64,000 bases of DNA from the NCBI GenBank assembly GCA_016207165.1, contig JACQQD010000001.1, positions 1 through 64,000 on the forward strand, given 5' to 3'. This DNA is from Candidatus Micrarchaeota archaeon. GTDB taxonomy: Archaea > Micrarchaeota > Micrarchaeia > Norongarragalinales > Norongarragalinaceae. This document shows, one piece after another, positions 48,808 to 57,681 of the stretch. Position numbers and translations under genes: made by a program. Numbering within the stretch: position 1 is the first letter of the stretch; each line of letters starts with the position of its first letter. Below the pieces are notes generated by a model, which was not told the origin of the DNA, ran no database searches, and saw only the letters and a program-made list of their open reading frames with translations.

Positions 48808-48882
48808 AGCGGGGTAGGGTAGCCAGGAGTGCCCGCTGGGCTCATAACCCGGAGATCAGTGGTTCAAATCCACTCCCCGCTA
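48808..48882 (+). tRNA. initiator tRNA-Met(CAT)
   Basis: A1-U72 pair (AGCGGGG/CCCCGCT), GGG/CCC in the anticodon stem, CT-CAT-AA loop. Confidence 0.95.
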
Positions 48883-49035
48883 TACTTTTTCCTCCAACCG
48901 CCAACAAACGCGCGGGTAAAACCAACCAAAAAAAACTCAAACACGGCAAAAAAGTATCCCGCGCCGCCGTTCAAGCGCGCCGCAAAAAGAAAACACAGAT
49001 AAAAGACGCCGCATCCAAACCCATTGGAACACGCC

Positions 49036-50820
49036 ATGTCCGTCCTTCCAAGAAACATTACTCGAATCGCGGTCCGGCCCGCCGTAGTCCTGGAAGAAGG
49101 AAGACCCGGAGTCGCCAAAGCCATCCACGAAAAAACGGGCCTGCGGCCCATTGAACTGGACGCTGGCGACCCGGAAATTATTGATCGCGTCCAAAAAGCG
49201 CTTGACTTCGCCATTGAAGGACGCGGCCGCATCAAGGGCCACCGCGGCGGGCTGGGGCAGGCCGTCGTCGTCAACGGGCGCCTGAACCCAGAAACGAGAA
49301 GCGTGTTGAACGACACGCTGGAAACCCACTACGGGGTGACGCCCGTCCACCGAAATCCACGGCATGACGCTTCGGTTGTGGCCGAAAAAATCGTACGAGC
49401 CACCACCGTGCCGCGGATGACGCGCCGGCAGCAACACCAATTGGCTCGGGGCATCCTGGATGCGCCAACGTTTTCCGACGCGTGCCGACACATCATGGAG
49501 GAATTCCACCTCCGCGTAGTTCAAGCCGGAAAACCAAACGCGCCCCACCAAGGCTCCACATCCATTGCGCGTCGCACCACGGCGCGGCCCTTCACTCCGG
49601 ACTTTGTCCTTCTTCCACCCGACGCCCTCGGGCAACCCGCACTGGCGTACACGCACGAAATCGGGCCAGAAAAAGACATCACGCACTTGTTGCCCCAAGT
49701 GCCGCTTGAAGACACGCCAACACGCAGCCCGTACCGCGTCGCGCGCGTGTTTCGAGGCGAACAGGGAAACCGCGACGCGAAAGGAAATCCCGCACACTCG
49801 CACGACGCCAACCTGCACAAGGACCCGAACCGATTTCCTGAAATCGATAGGCGCTTGGGCCGCGCGCCGTTTACCGAGTTCGGCATTCACCTAGGAGGCC
49901 GCCGGGGCAATTCCATCGCATTGTTGCACGCCTACTCACGCCACAAAGTCCCGGCCGTTGCAAGCCGGGAATTTGCACGAGTCATGGACCGGCCCGCCGT
50001 GAGAAAAGCGTTGTACGACGCGTGGCACTCCGGGGAAAAAGACAAGACCAGTTTGGCGGCACACGCCAACCTCGTGGCAAACATGGAAGCGCAGAATCCG
50101 TACGCCATCGGGCACTCCACGCGCGTGGCGCGCATCGCGTTGGCGCTGGCGGCAGAACTCAACAAAAAACAAAAAGAGAAAGGGCGGCCGCCGGCGTTTT
50201 CTCATTCGGATTTGGAGGCCGTGGCGTGGGCCGGGCTCTTGCACGACGTTGGAAAAACCCAGGCCAAGGCGAACCCGCGGGAAACGGATCTGTACGACGA
50301 AGGAGAACCAGCGCTTCAAGAATTTCAAAAACACGCGCAGACCGCATTAAATTGGCCACCGCCTCGGCCCGGCTCGCTTTCCGCCATCGTCTTGGTTGCG
50401 GCCACACACCCACACGGAACACCAGGCGCGCCTGAAAAAGAGAGGCGAATCGCGGAACTGGTTCACGCCGCAAGCGAGTACGACCGCATCATGGCGCCCC
50501 GCGCAGACACCCGGGAAGCAATCTTTCTTCCGCGCGGCGGCCGGGTTTTGGGCGTTCGCCGTGGAAAGATTTTTTCACACGAGACGGCCGTAGACCACCT
50601 CCGATACTTGGCCCGTGAGGGACGCGTCAAAAAAGAGTTTGTTTCGGCGCTTGAAGCACTCCACCCAGACACTGTGCGCGGAGTGTACGCCGACTACAAA
50701 CCCCGCGATTACTTGTTGCACTGGGAGAACGAGGAAGACAGCGAGCTGCCGCCGTGGGACCAGCCCCAAGCGCGTTTGTTCATCCCCATCACACGTGAAG
50801 AAGAAAAAAAGTACGGATGA
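49036..50820 (+). CDS. protein with C-terminal HD-GYP-like domain and unknown N-terminal region
   Basis: NPYAIGHSTRVA...AGLLHDVGK...FQKH...ASEYDRIM; no GYP loop recognisable. Confidence 0.75.
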   Translation: MSVLPRNITRIAVRPAVVLEEGRPGVAKAIHEKTGLRPIELDAGDPEIIDRVQKALDFAIEGRGRIKGHRGGLGQAVVVNGRLNPETRSVLNDTLETHYGVTPVHRNPRHDASVVAEKIVRATTVPRMTRRQQHQLARGILDAPTFSDACRHIMEEFHLRVVQAGKPNAPHQGSTSIARRTTARPFTPDFVLLPPDALGQPALAYTHEIGPEKDITHLLPQVPLEDTPTRSPYRVARVFRGEQGNRDAKGNPAHSHDANLHKDPNRFPEIDRRLGRAPFTEFGIHLGGRRGNSIALLHAYSRHKVPAVASREFARVMDRPAVRKALYDAWHSGEKDKTSLAAHANLVANMEAQNPYAIGHSTRVARIALALAAELNKKQKEKGRPPAFSHSDLEAVAWAGLLHDVGKTQAKANPRETDLYDEGEPALQEFQKHAQTALNWPPPRPGSLSAIVLVAATHPHGTPGAPEKERRIAELVHAASEYDRIMAPRADTREAIFLPRGGRVLGVRRGKIFSHETAVDHLRYLAREGRVKKEFVSALEALHPDTVRGVYADYKPRDYLLHWENEEDSELPPWDQPQARLFIPITREEEKKYG

Positions 50821-51003
50821 GGCGGGCGAGCCGACAAATAAAAAAGAGTAACAACAATCATGCGACGGCCCGATTCAACGCGCGCGCAAAAAAAAGTTCA
50901 CTGGGGAAAAAAATTTTTGGAAAGGAAACGTGAAAAATTTTCCGAGGGAAAAACAACAACGTTTAAAAGCAAGCCGACGTCATGTTTGCGGTGAAACACC
51001 TAC

Positions 51004-51057
51004 ATGGCAAAGAAGAAAGCAAAGAAGAAAGGCGGTAAGAAGAAAAAGAAGCGCTGA
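51004..51057 (+). CDS. 17-aa Lys-rich micro-ORF (MAKKKAKKKGGKKKKKR)
   Basis: TTTAAAA box (~50962), GGTGA RBS, mixed AAG/AAA codons, followed by a pyrimidine-rich terminator-like tract. Confidence 0.6.
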   Translation: MAKKKAKKKGGKKKKKR

Positions 51058-51069
51058 TTTCAGCGGATC

Positions 51070-51154
51070 TTTTTGATTCCTTCCTTACCCCTTCCTTTCT
51101 TTTTCAGTTCCTGATTCCTTTTTGAATGGCGCGTTGCACGATTTTTTTTTATTT
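51070..51154 (+). terminator. oligo-T/pyrimidine tracts after the micro-ORF
   Basis: Several T5-T9 runs, as in archaeal intrinsic terminators. Confidence 0.4.
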
Positions 51155-51268
51155 CTCCGGCCCCGACGCGCGCGAAAACCAAAACGGCACCGTGAACGAA
51201 TCAACGCGAATCGCCATCAACCCAGCGAAACCAAAGAAATAGAAAAAAAAAGGAAAAAAGAAGAAAAA

Positions 51269-51586
51269 TTAGAAGTGGCGTTTGTAGCGGTGTGAGTAAG
51301 GCAGGGGCTTCTTAACGGGTTCCGGTTCGGGCTCTGGTTCTTCGGGCACGGGTTGAGAAGAAACGATCACGATTTTCTCCACGGCCCGCACGCTCTTGTA
51401 CATGATGGTCTTTTCCTTGAACACGCGCTTGGCTTCTTCCTTGCTGGCCGCGCGGATGGGCTCCAAGGTCAAGCGGGCGGCTTCGCCTTTCTGCAAGTCG
51501 ATGATCACATCATAGACTTTCCCAACGTAGTCGGCTTTGTCCGTGTAGACTTCCATGCCGATTAGCTGCGACATCTTCAACGTCAT
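51269..51586 (-). CDS. PRC-barrel domain protein
   Basis: SQLIGMEVYTDKADYVGKVYDVIID...VRAVEKIVIV; GGAGG RBS. Confidence 0.9.
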   Translation of the reverse strand: MTLKMSQLIGMEVYTDKADYVGKVYDVIIDLQKGEAARLTLEPIRAASKEEAKRVFKEKTIMYKSVRAVEKIVIVSSQPVPEEPEPEPEPVKKPLPYSHRYKRHF

Positions 51587-51677
51587 GTAAACTCGCTCCT
51601 CCGAAAAACTTGAAGTTAAACACAGAATGCGTAAACCGCCTCTAAAAAGGCTTTGGTTCCAGTAATCCGCCTCAACA

Positions 51678-52076
51678 CTACTCCACGCGGACCGTGATTT
51701 TTTTCCGCGCTTGGTTCAACACGTGACCGTAGTCCCGGTAATGCGCCGACGCCAACAACCCAATCGAGTACGTGCCCGGCGCGCTTTTCTGGTTGGAATA
51801 CACGCCGGCCTTGAACCGCTTGGACTCGCCCGGCAGAAGCGACCCCAACCGCACTTCCCGCTGCTGCATCAAACCCGTTCGATCCAATCCCAACACCCGG
51901 GGAACCACCACCGTCACGGACGTCAACAGGGGCTGGTCCGACGTGTTTTGGATGAAGACCTCCAAGTCCACGGCGTCGTTGCGATGCGCCGTCAAGCGAA
52001 ACGGGTGCACTTCAGCCTCCAAGTCGTACAGGATGCCGCGCACCGGCTTTTTGCCCAGGAAATCCAAGAAACCCAT
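51678..52076 (-). CDS. hypothetical beta-sandwich (Ig-like) protein
   Basis: Alternating beta pattern, LGSLLPGESKRF, PGTYSI. Confidence 0.7.
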   Translation of the reverse strand: MGFLDFLGKKPVRGILYDLEAEVHPFRLTAHRNDAVDLEVFIQNTSDQPLLTSVTVVVPRVLGLDRTGLMQQREVRLGSLLPGESKRFKAGVYSNQKSAPGTYSIGLLASAHYRDYGHVLNQARKKITVRVE

Positions 52077-52111
52077 GAAAACCAGAAAGCGCTCTAGGAC
52101 GCCATACGATT

Positions 52112-52477
52112 TTATACGTTGTCCTTGGCCGTCCACGCCCGCCAAAACGCGGCGTAGCCTTCCAAAACCCCGGAAAACGCGGGTGAAAGGGCGTAGGGGC
52201 GACCCCGCTTTTTTTGTTCCAAGAAACCGCTTTGCAAAAGCGCGGTGACGGCCAAATAAAGCGCGCTTTTTTGGGAGCCGGTTTCCACCAACAACTCTGA
52301 AAACGTGCGCGGCCGCTCGCGCACCAACCCCAACACCTGGGCGGCCAACTGCTTGCGTTGCGCAGAAAACGAGAAACTGGCGTCCAGCAAGTCAAACACC
52401 GTGAAATGGCCTTTTTGGATGGAATCCACATCCCCCAACCGGACGCGAACGCGCGCAAACCATGGTTTCTCCGCCAT
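52112..52477 (-). CDS. winged-helix protein
   Basis: PRTFSELLVETGSQKSALYLAVTALLQSGFLEQ...YALS. Confidence 0.75.
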   Translation of the reverse strand: MAEKPWFARVRVRLGDVDSIQKGHFTVFDLLDASFSFSAQRKQLAAQVLGLVRERPRTFSELLVETGSQKSALYLAVTALLQSGFLEQKKRGRPYALSPAFSGVLEGYAAFWRAWTAKDNV

Positions 52478-52515
52478 AACGCAAAAAAAACGCGGCCGTC
52501 TTCTTAACCCCACAC

Positions 52516-52533
52516 CCCCCACACTTCCAGTAA
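52516..52533 (-). repeat. ORB-like motif TTACTGGAAGTGTGGGGG
   Basis: 16/18 inverted match to 53178-53195; related copies at 51655-51665, 54671-54681 and 62218-62234. Confidence 0.6.
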
Positions 52534-52638
52534 TGTGACAAGGGCCGGTTGTATGGCAAAAGGCAGGTGGTTTGGTTAGGCGGCCGAACGCAAACCCAAA
52601 GCCAGGGTTATTTATTCAATATTTCCGTTGGGAGGGAT

Positions 52639-53157
52639 ATGGTGTTGGCCCAACCTGAAATTTTCAAAGCCATCCAAAAAAAACAAATCCAGATTCAGCC
52701 GTTTTCCCCGGAGTTGGTGGGGTCGTGTTCCGTTGATTTCCGCCTTGGAAACCACTTCAAACGCATCAAGAAAAGAAAAACACACCTCCACATTACCGGA
52801 AACCCACACTACAAAGACGATTTCCACCAAGAATTCAACTTGAAGGATGATGAATACCTCAAAATCAATCCCAACGAACTGGTTTTGGGTGTCACCCACG
52901 AAAAATTGACGTTGGACGACCGACACTGTGCCTTCATTGAAGGCCGAAGCAGGCTGGCACGACTTGGCTTGTTGGTCCACGTTTCTTCCAGTTTAATTCA
53001 ACCCGGCGTTTCCAACCACCAAGTCCTCGAAATAGTCAACTTATCCCCCCAACCCCTGTACTTACAACCCAAAACCATTATTTGCCAGATTGTTTTTGAT
53101 GAACTCAAGGGACGCGCCCATTATGCGGGCCGGTTCCGCCATCAAACCAAAGCCTGA
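52639..53157 (+). CDS. dcd: dCTP deaminase
   Basis: SVDFRLG, LGVTHE, EGRSRLARLGLLVH, QPG, LEI, ICQ; GGAGG RBS. Confidence 0.93.
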   Translation: MVLAQPEIFKAIQKKQIQIQPFSPELVGSCSVDFRLGNHFKRIKKRKTHLHITGNPHYKDDFHQEFNLKDDEYLKINPNELVLGVTHEKLTLDDRHCAFIEGRSRLARLGLLVHVSSSLIQPGVSNHQVLEIVNLSPQPLYLQPKTIICQIVFDELKGRAHYAGRFRHQTKA

Positions 53158-53177
53158 AAACAACCAAACAACCCAGT

Positions 53178-53195
53178 TTACTGGAACTATGGGGG
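53178..53195 (+). repeat. ORB-like motif TTACTGGAACTATGGGGG
   Basis: Inverted partner of 52516-52533; ends 7 bp upstream of eno. Confidence 0.6.
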
Positions 53196-53202
53196 GCGTG
53201 CC

Positions 53203-54444
53203 ATGAAAATTACGGCCATAACACCACGACAAATCCTAGATTCCCGCGGCAATCCGACTCTTGAAGTGGACTTCAGCGTACAAAACCAGGTGTACCGCGC
53301 CGCCGTGCCCTCCGGCGCTTCCACCGGAACCCATGAAGCCGTGGAATTGCGCGACGGGAAACCCGCCTACCACGGCAAAGGAGTGCAAAAAACAATTGCC
53401 CACGTAAAAAAACTCGCGAAAAAAATCAAAGCCAAAACGTTCACCACTCAAAACCAGTTCGACGGCTTTCTCCTACAGCAAGACGGCACCCCCACCAAGA
53501 AAAAACTCGGCGCCAACACCCTCCTTGCGTTAAGCCTCGCTTTTGCCCGCGGCCACGCTGGAAAAAAACGGTTGTACGCCGACTTGGCGGAAGCCCTGAA
53601 GAAAACGCCCCGCCTGCCCCTTCCCTTTGCCAACGTGCTTAACGGCGGTCGGCACGCCGGCACGCCCCTTAAAATCCAGGAATTCATGGTTGTGCCTGTA
53701 GGCGCAAAAACCTTTTCCGAAGCCACGCAAATGGTTTCCGAAGTCTACCACTCCCTGAAAAAAGACGCCGTCCAGAAATTCGGTGCCTCCGCTGGAAACG
53801 TTGGTGATGAAGGCGGCATCGCCCCGCCCCTCCAGAACACGCGGCAAGCCCTGGACTTGATTTGGCGGGCGGTCGAGGAAAACGGGTACTCGCAAAAAAT
53901 GGCGTTGGCGCTGGATTGCGCCGCCTCGGAATTCTACGAACGCGGCACGTACTACGTCGACGGAAAACACATCACCCCTGCGGAACTCACGCAATACTAC
54001 CTGGACTTGCACGGCCAATACCGGTTCATCAGCCTGGAGGACCCCTTCCACGAGGAAAGCTTCACGGAATTCGGGGTTCTGACCCGCCTCTTGCGCGGCA
54101 AAGCCCAAGTGGTTGGCGACGACTTGACGGTCACCAACCCCCGCCGCATCCTTCAAGCAAAAAAAAGTTGTTCGGCCCTGCTCTTGAAAGTCAACCAAAT
54201 AGGCACCCTGTCGGAATCCTTTGCCGCCGCAAAAACCGCGGAGTCCCTGGGCTGGAACGTCATGGTCTCGCACCGCTCCGGCGAAACCGAGGACGCCTTC
54301 ATTTCCGACTTGGCCACCGCGTTGGCCTGCGGCCAAATCAAGCTCGGCGCGCCGGCCCGAGGCGAACGCACCGCCAAATACAACCAATTGCTGCGCATTG
54401 AAGAAGACGGCGTGAAACTCAAACTCTTTTCACTACCTCACTAG
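53203..54444 (+). CDS. eno: enolase
   Basis: ILDSRGNPT, VPSGASTG, GDEGG, EDPF, VGDDL, LLKVNQIGT, SHRSGET, RTAKYNQL. Confidence 0.98.
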   Translation: MKITAITPRQILDSRGNPTLEVDFSVQNQVYRAAVPSGASTGTHEAVELRDGKPAYHGKGVQKTIAHVKKLAKKIKAKTFTTQNQFDGFLLQQDGTPTKKKLGANTLLALSLAFARGHAGKKRLYADLAEALKKTPRLPLPFANVLNGGRHAGTPLKIQEFMVVPVGAKTFSEATQMVSEVYHSLKKDAVQKFGASAGNVGDEGGIAPPLQNTRQALDLIWRAVEENGYSQKMALALDCAASEFYERGTYYVDGKHITPAELTQYYLDLHGQYRFISLEDPFHEESFTEFGVLTRLLRGKAQVVGDDLTVTNPRRILQAKKSCSALLLKVNQIGTLSESFAAAKTAESLGWNVMVSHRSGETEDAFISDLATALACGQIKLGAPARGERTAKYNQLLRIEEDGVKLKLFSLPH

Positions 54445-54538
54445 TCGGCCCCGGCCCACCAATCCCAATACCCCCGTGGTTTCACTTACCCGCGATCCCA
54501 CCCGAAACCCTTAAGCCCGTTGGCGCGTTGAGTCTGCC

Positions 54539-55231
54539 ATGGTGTTGCCTGTTTTGGCCGCATTGGTTTTGTCCGGCGTGCACCTCTTCAGCCATGAGAT
54601 TGAGGAACACGTCCACCGCTATCGCGGGCACGTCGTGAGCCTGTCCGCCGGCCTGTTCCTCACGTACTTATTACTGGAACTGTTTCCCCGCATTGCGTTG
54701 GACGGCAGCGTGCTTTGGGGCCGGTCGGTGTTCGCGTTTCTGCTGCTCGGCTTTACCGCCTACCACCTCCTGGAGAAGCACGCGTACCAACACCACGCCC
54801 GCACCAAACAACAATTCCGTGAGTTGACGCAGTTGCATGCCGCGGGGTTTGCCTTGGACGGTTTCATCATCGGCGTTTTCTTGGTGTTGTTTTTCATCGG
54901 TCAACCAGGCGGCGTGCAGATCGCCGCCTTCATTCCCCTTCTCCTACACTCCTTGTCCGCGTCGCTGACCCTGCAACACCTCCAAACCCGTTTCAAACAA
55001 CCCGAGACGCGGTTGTTGGCGTTGACGCCGTTGGCCGGCGCCTTGGCGGCCACCGCCGTGCCCCTACCGCAAGCCACCTTCTACGCCGTGCTCGCGTTTC
55101 TCACCGGCGTGCTTTTGTACGTGACCATCCGACACGCCCTGCCGCAAGGACGCGACGGACACAAGGCGTTGTTCGTTGCCGGCGTGGCGGCCGGATACCT
55201 GTTTCTGGAATTCGCCCGGCTTCCCTTCTAA
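54539..55231 (+). CDS. ZIP-like metal transporter family membrane protein
   Basis: SLSAGLFLTYLLLELFP, His-rich loop, LLHSL, GVLLYVTI. Confidence 0.72.
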   Translation: MVLPVLAALVLSGVHLFSHEIEEHVHRYRGHVVSLSAGLFLTYLLLELFPRIALDGSVLWGRSVFAFLLLGFTAYHLLEKHAYQHHARTKQQFRELTQLHAAGFALDGFIIGVFLVLFFIGQPGGVQIAAFIPLLLHSLSASLTLQHLQTRFKQPETRLLALTPLAGALAATAVPLPQATFYAVLAFLTGVLLYVTIRHALPQGRDGHKALFVAGVAAGYLFLEFARLPF

Positions 55232-55253
55232 AAACAAGGCCGGGCATCGCCCT

Positions 55254-56513
55254 CTAAGAAACGCGCCGGGAACCGGTGTGCTTGGTTTGGCGTATTGTCT
55301 CCAACAACAACGGCATGAAGTCCCACCCGTTGATCGTGGGCCCTGGGTTCTTTTCCTCAAAACGGTTTCCTTCCGCCGGGACGCCGGCGCCGGATAACAA
55401 GAACGGCACGGGGTCCGCGGAATGCGCTTTCAAGATGCAGGGCGTGCTGTGGTCGCCGGTTACCGCGGTTCTCACGTTTCTCAAATCCAGTTTCTCCAGA
55501 AACGGCTTGAAGAAGAACGCGTCGATTTCCTCAATGCTCTTCTTTTTCCCCCGCGCGTCGCCGTCGTGGCCGAACACGTCGGGGCCCTTGAGGTGCACGT
55601 AGACGCCGTCGTGGTTTTTAAGAGTATTACGCGCGGTGTCTGCCACGTGCGCGTACTGCCTTTCCACGCCTTCATGCGGCTTTACGCGCACGATGTCCAT
55701 GCCCATGAGTTTTGCGATGCCCTCCTCCATCGGCATCTCGCTTAAAATGGCCCAGCGTCCAGGCAGGGGGCGTAGTGTCTTGTTTTTGCTTTCCGGGTCC
55801 CGCAACAAAACGGCGTTGCCCGGCGGTTTTCCCTCGGAAACCCGTTTTTGGTTTGTTGCGCTCCGGTTCAAAACCGTAAAACTTTTCCGCGTGAATTCGT
55901 TGACCAGTTCCGCGGCCCGCTTGGCCGCCGGCGCCAACGGCTTGCAAGGCGCAATCTTCATTTCAAACCTCGCTTTGGCCGAACCCAGTCCGTGGACGAC
56001 TTCATACGCCGGATCCGTGTTGGTGACGCGGGCGTCCAACGGGGTTTCGGCGCGGATTACCAACACGCCCCGGTGGCCTTTGGTGGCCTTGAACTTAAAC
56101 GACGCGCCATCCAACTTCACGTTCGCGGTGACGTCTTTGGCCAATTGCCCGGCTTCCTCCGACGTCAAGCTTCGGCCCGCGCGCCGGTCCGTCAACGTGG
56201 TGCCGTCGTTGTCCACGGAAGCGAAGTTGGCGCGCAACGCCAAATCCCCGTCGTTGAACCGCATGCCGGCGCCTTTGGCCTCCAAAAAGCCGCGGCCCAC
56301 GTGGCATTCAAACGGGTTGTGGCCCAACACGCTGCACACCCCCACATCGCTTTCAGGCGCCACGTCTTTGGCGATGCGCAGCGCGCCCGTTCGGCCGGCT
56401 CGAGCCAATCCCTGCAGGTTCGGCGCCCGCGCGGATTGAAGCGGCGTTTTTCCGTTCAAGTCCGGGTGCGGCAAATCACCGACCCCATCCAAAACCACCA
56501 AAACCCATTTCAT
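55254..56513 (-). CDS. apgM: 2,3-bisphosphoglycerate-independent phosphoglycerate mutase
   Basis: LDGVGD, TPL, PESD, GRG..EA, DRRAGR, HLKGPDVFGHDG, TGDHSTP, HSADPVP. Confidence 0.95.
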   Translation of the reverse strand: MKWVLVVLDGVGDLPHPDLNGKTPLQSARAPNLQGLARAGRTGALRIAKDVAPESDVGVCSVLGHNPFECHVGRGFLEAKGAGMRFNDGDLALRANFASVDNDGTTLTDRRAGRSLTSEEAGQLAKDVTANVKLDGASFKFKATKGHRGVLVIRAETPLDARVTNTDPAYEVVHGLGSAKARFEMKIAPCKPLAPAAKRAAELVNEFTRKSFTVLNRSATNQKRVSEGKPPGNAVLLRDPESKNKTLRPLPGRWAILSEMPMEEGIAKLMGMDIVRVKPHEGVERQYAHVADTARNTLKNHDGVYVHLKGPDVFGHDGDARGKKKSIEEIDAFFFKPFLEKLDLRNVRTAVTGDHSTPCILKAHSADPVPFLLSGAGVPAEGNRFEEKNPGPTINGWDFMPLLLETIRQTKHTGSRRVS

Positions 56514-56551
56514 ACGCTTTTTAAGGCAAGAAAACCATAAAACCGTTTACT

Positions 56552-56881
56552 ATGAAAGTGCGATGCAAAAACTGCCACCTTGAGTTTACGGCCGACGACT
56601 TTCGGCGCGTGGAACAGTGTCCGCGGTGCAATTCCAAGAGCTTGGACAAGACCCGCGACCCCCCCAAACCGGTGGAAGAAAAGAAAGACGACGCCCCCAA
56701 AGTCTACGGCGCGTCCGGAGTCATCCACGGCGACACCAAAGCGGCGTGGAAGAGCTTTCACCAATCCGAGCAAAAACTCTGCCCCAACTGCGGCGGCTCC
56801 GAGTTTCTGCTGGACTTTAAACGCAAGGAAAAAACCTGCAAGAAATGCGGCGACGTTCTGCCCTTGGCCCGCCGGTCGTGA
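56552..56881 (+). CDS. double zinc-ribbon protein
   Basis: CKNC...CPRC and CPNC...CKKCG. Confidence 0.8.
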   Translation: MKVRCKNCHLEFTADDFRRVEQCPRCNSKSLDKTRDPPKPVEEKKDDAPKVYGASGVIHGDTKAAWKSFHQSEQKLCPNCGGSEFLLDFKRKEKTCKKCGDVLPLARRS

Positions 56882-56888
56882 CGATTCC

Positions 56889-57029
56889 ATGTTGGCTGCT
56901 TTAACCGACTCCTTGCTGGTCGTTTTCTTCAACGGTTTGGCGGTGTTGGACGACGTCTTGCGCGAGCCCCTCGGCGAAAACGCGTTGTGGGTCGTCCTTT
57001 TCGGCCTCGCCGTCTTGGCCGTCGTCTAG
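56889..57029 (+). CDS. 46-aa small membrane protein
   Basis: MLAALTDSLLVVFFNGLAVLDDVLREPLGENALWVVLFGLAVLAVV fills the gap between operonic genes. Confidence 0.5.
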   Translation: MLAALTDSLLVVFFNGLAVLDDVLREPLGENALWVVLFGLAVLAVV

Positions 57030-57038
57030 TGGTGCCTT

Positions 57039-57308
57039 GTGCCCGACGCGCCCCCGGAAAACACGTTCAAGAAAGTCGACGAAAACCGCCACGACAACGG
57101 CGAGGAACAAAAAGTAATCCTCCTCTCCGGCTTCTCCGACAAACAATTGCACGCCGTCATTGACGCCTACCAGTCCAACCCGGAATTGCCTAAAACAATT
57201 TTCGCGACGGTCACGGAGGCATCCCAGGAATTCAAAGTCAAAGACTTGCTGGCGGAACTCAAACTCGAACTGGCCCAAATCCAGGCCGCCAAAAAAAAGA
57301 AGGCCTAG
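57039..57308 (+). CDS. DUF3783-like protein
   Basis: ILLSGFS...IFATVTE...KVKDLLAEL. Confidence 0.75.
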   Translation: MPDAPPENTFKKVDENRHDNGEEQKVILLSGFSDKQLHAVIDAYQSNPELPKTIFATVTEASQEFKVKDLLAELKLELAQIQAAKKKKA

Positions 57309-57676
57309 TCGGACAACGCTTCCCTCACGAACCGCAGCAACCGGGTGCGCGTGTCCCTAATGCCTCCTGGAAAACCTGCAATGCTGTCTGACGCAAAATC
57401 AATCTCAAAATGGCGCGGTTTGCCTTCGGCTACGTGGGCCTCCGCCATCCTTTTCATGAATTCGACGACTTCCCGCCGGCTTCCGCCGCCCGACGCGGTG
57501 GGTGCCACACCCGCCAGTTTTTTTAATTCCTCGGGCCGAAGCGGCCGCTCCAAGCCCGGGTCTACGTGCCGGCGCACGGAGTCAACGGGCCGAACCTCCA
57601 CATGCTCCACCCCCGTGGAGCCGCCACCCGGGCCGCGCTGGCGCGTCTGCCGAATCAAGAAATGCACGCCGTCCAT
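57305..57676 (-). CDS. hypothetical protein
   Basis: ATG 5 bp after the upstream stop, with GGAGGT RBS. Confidence 0.5.
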   Translation of the reverse strand: MDGVHFLIRQTRQRGPGGGSTGVEHVEVRPVDSVRRHVDPGLERPLRPEELKKLAGVAPTASGGGSRREVVEFMKRMAEAHVAEGKPRHFEIDFASDSIAGFPGGIRDTRTRLLRFVREALSD

Positions 57677-57681
57677 TCCAA

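Noticed and set aside
52516-53195. Inverted repeats around dcd as transposon/MITE ends
   Set aside because: No target-site duplication or transposase seen, and further copies of the motif lie outside the pair; a binding-site explanation fits better.
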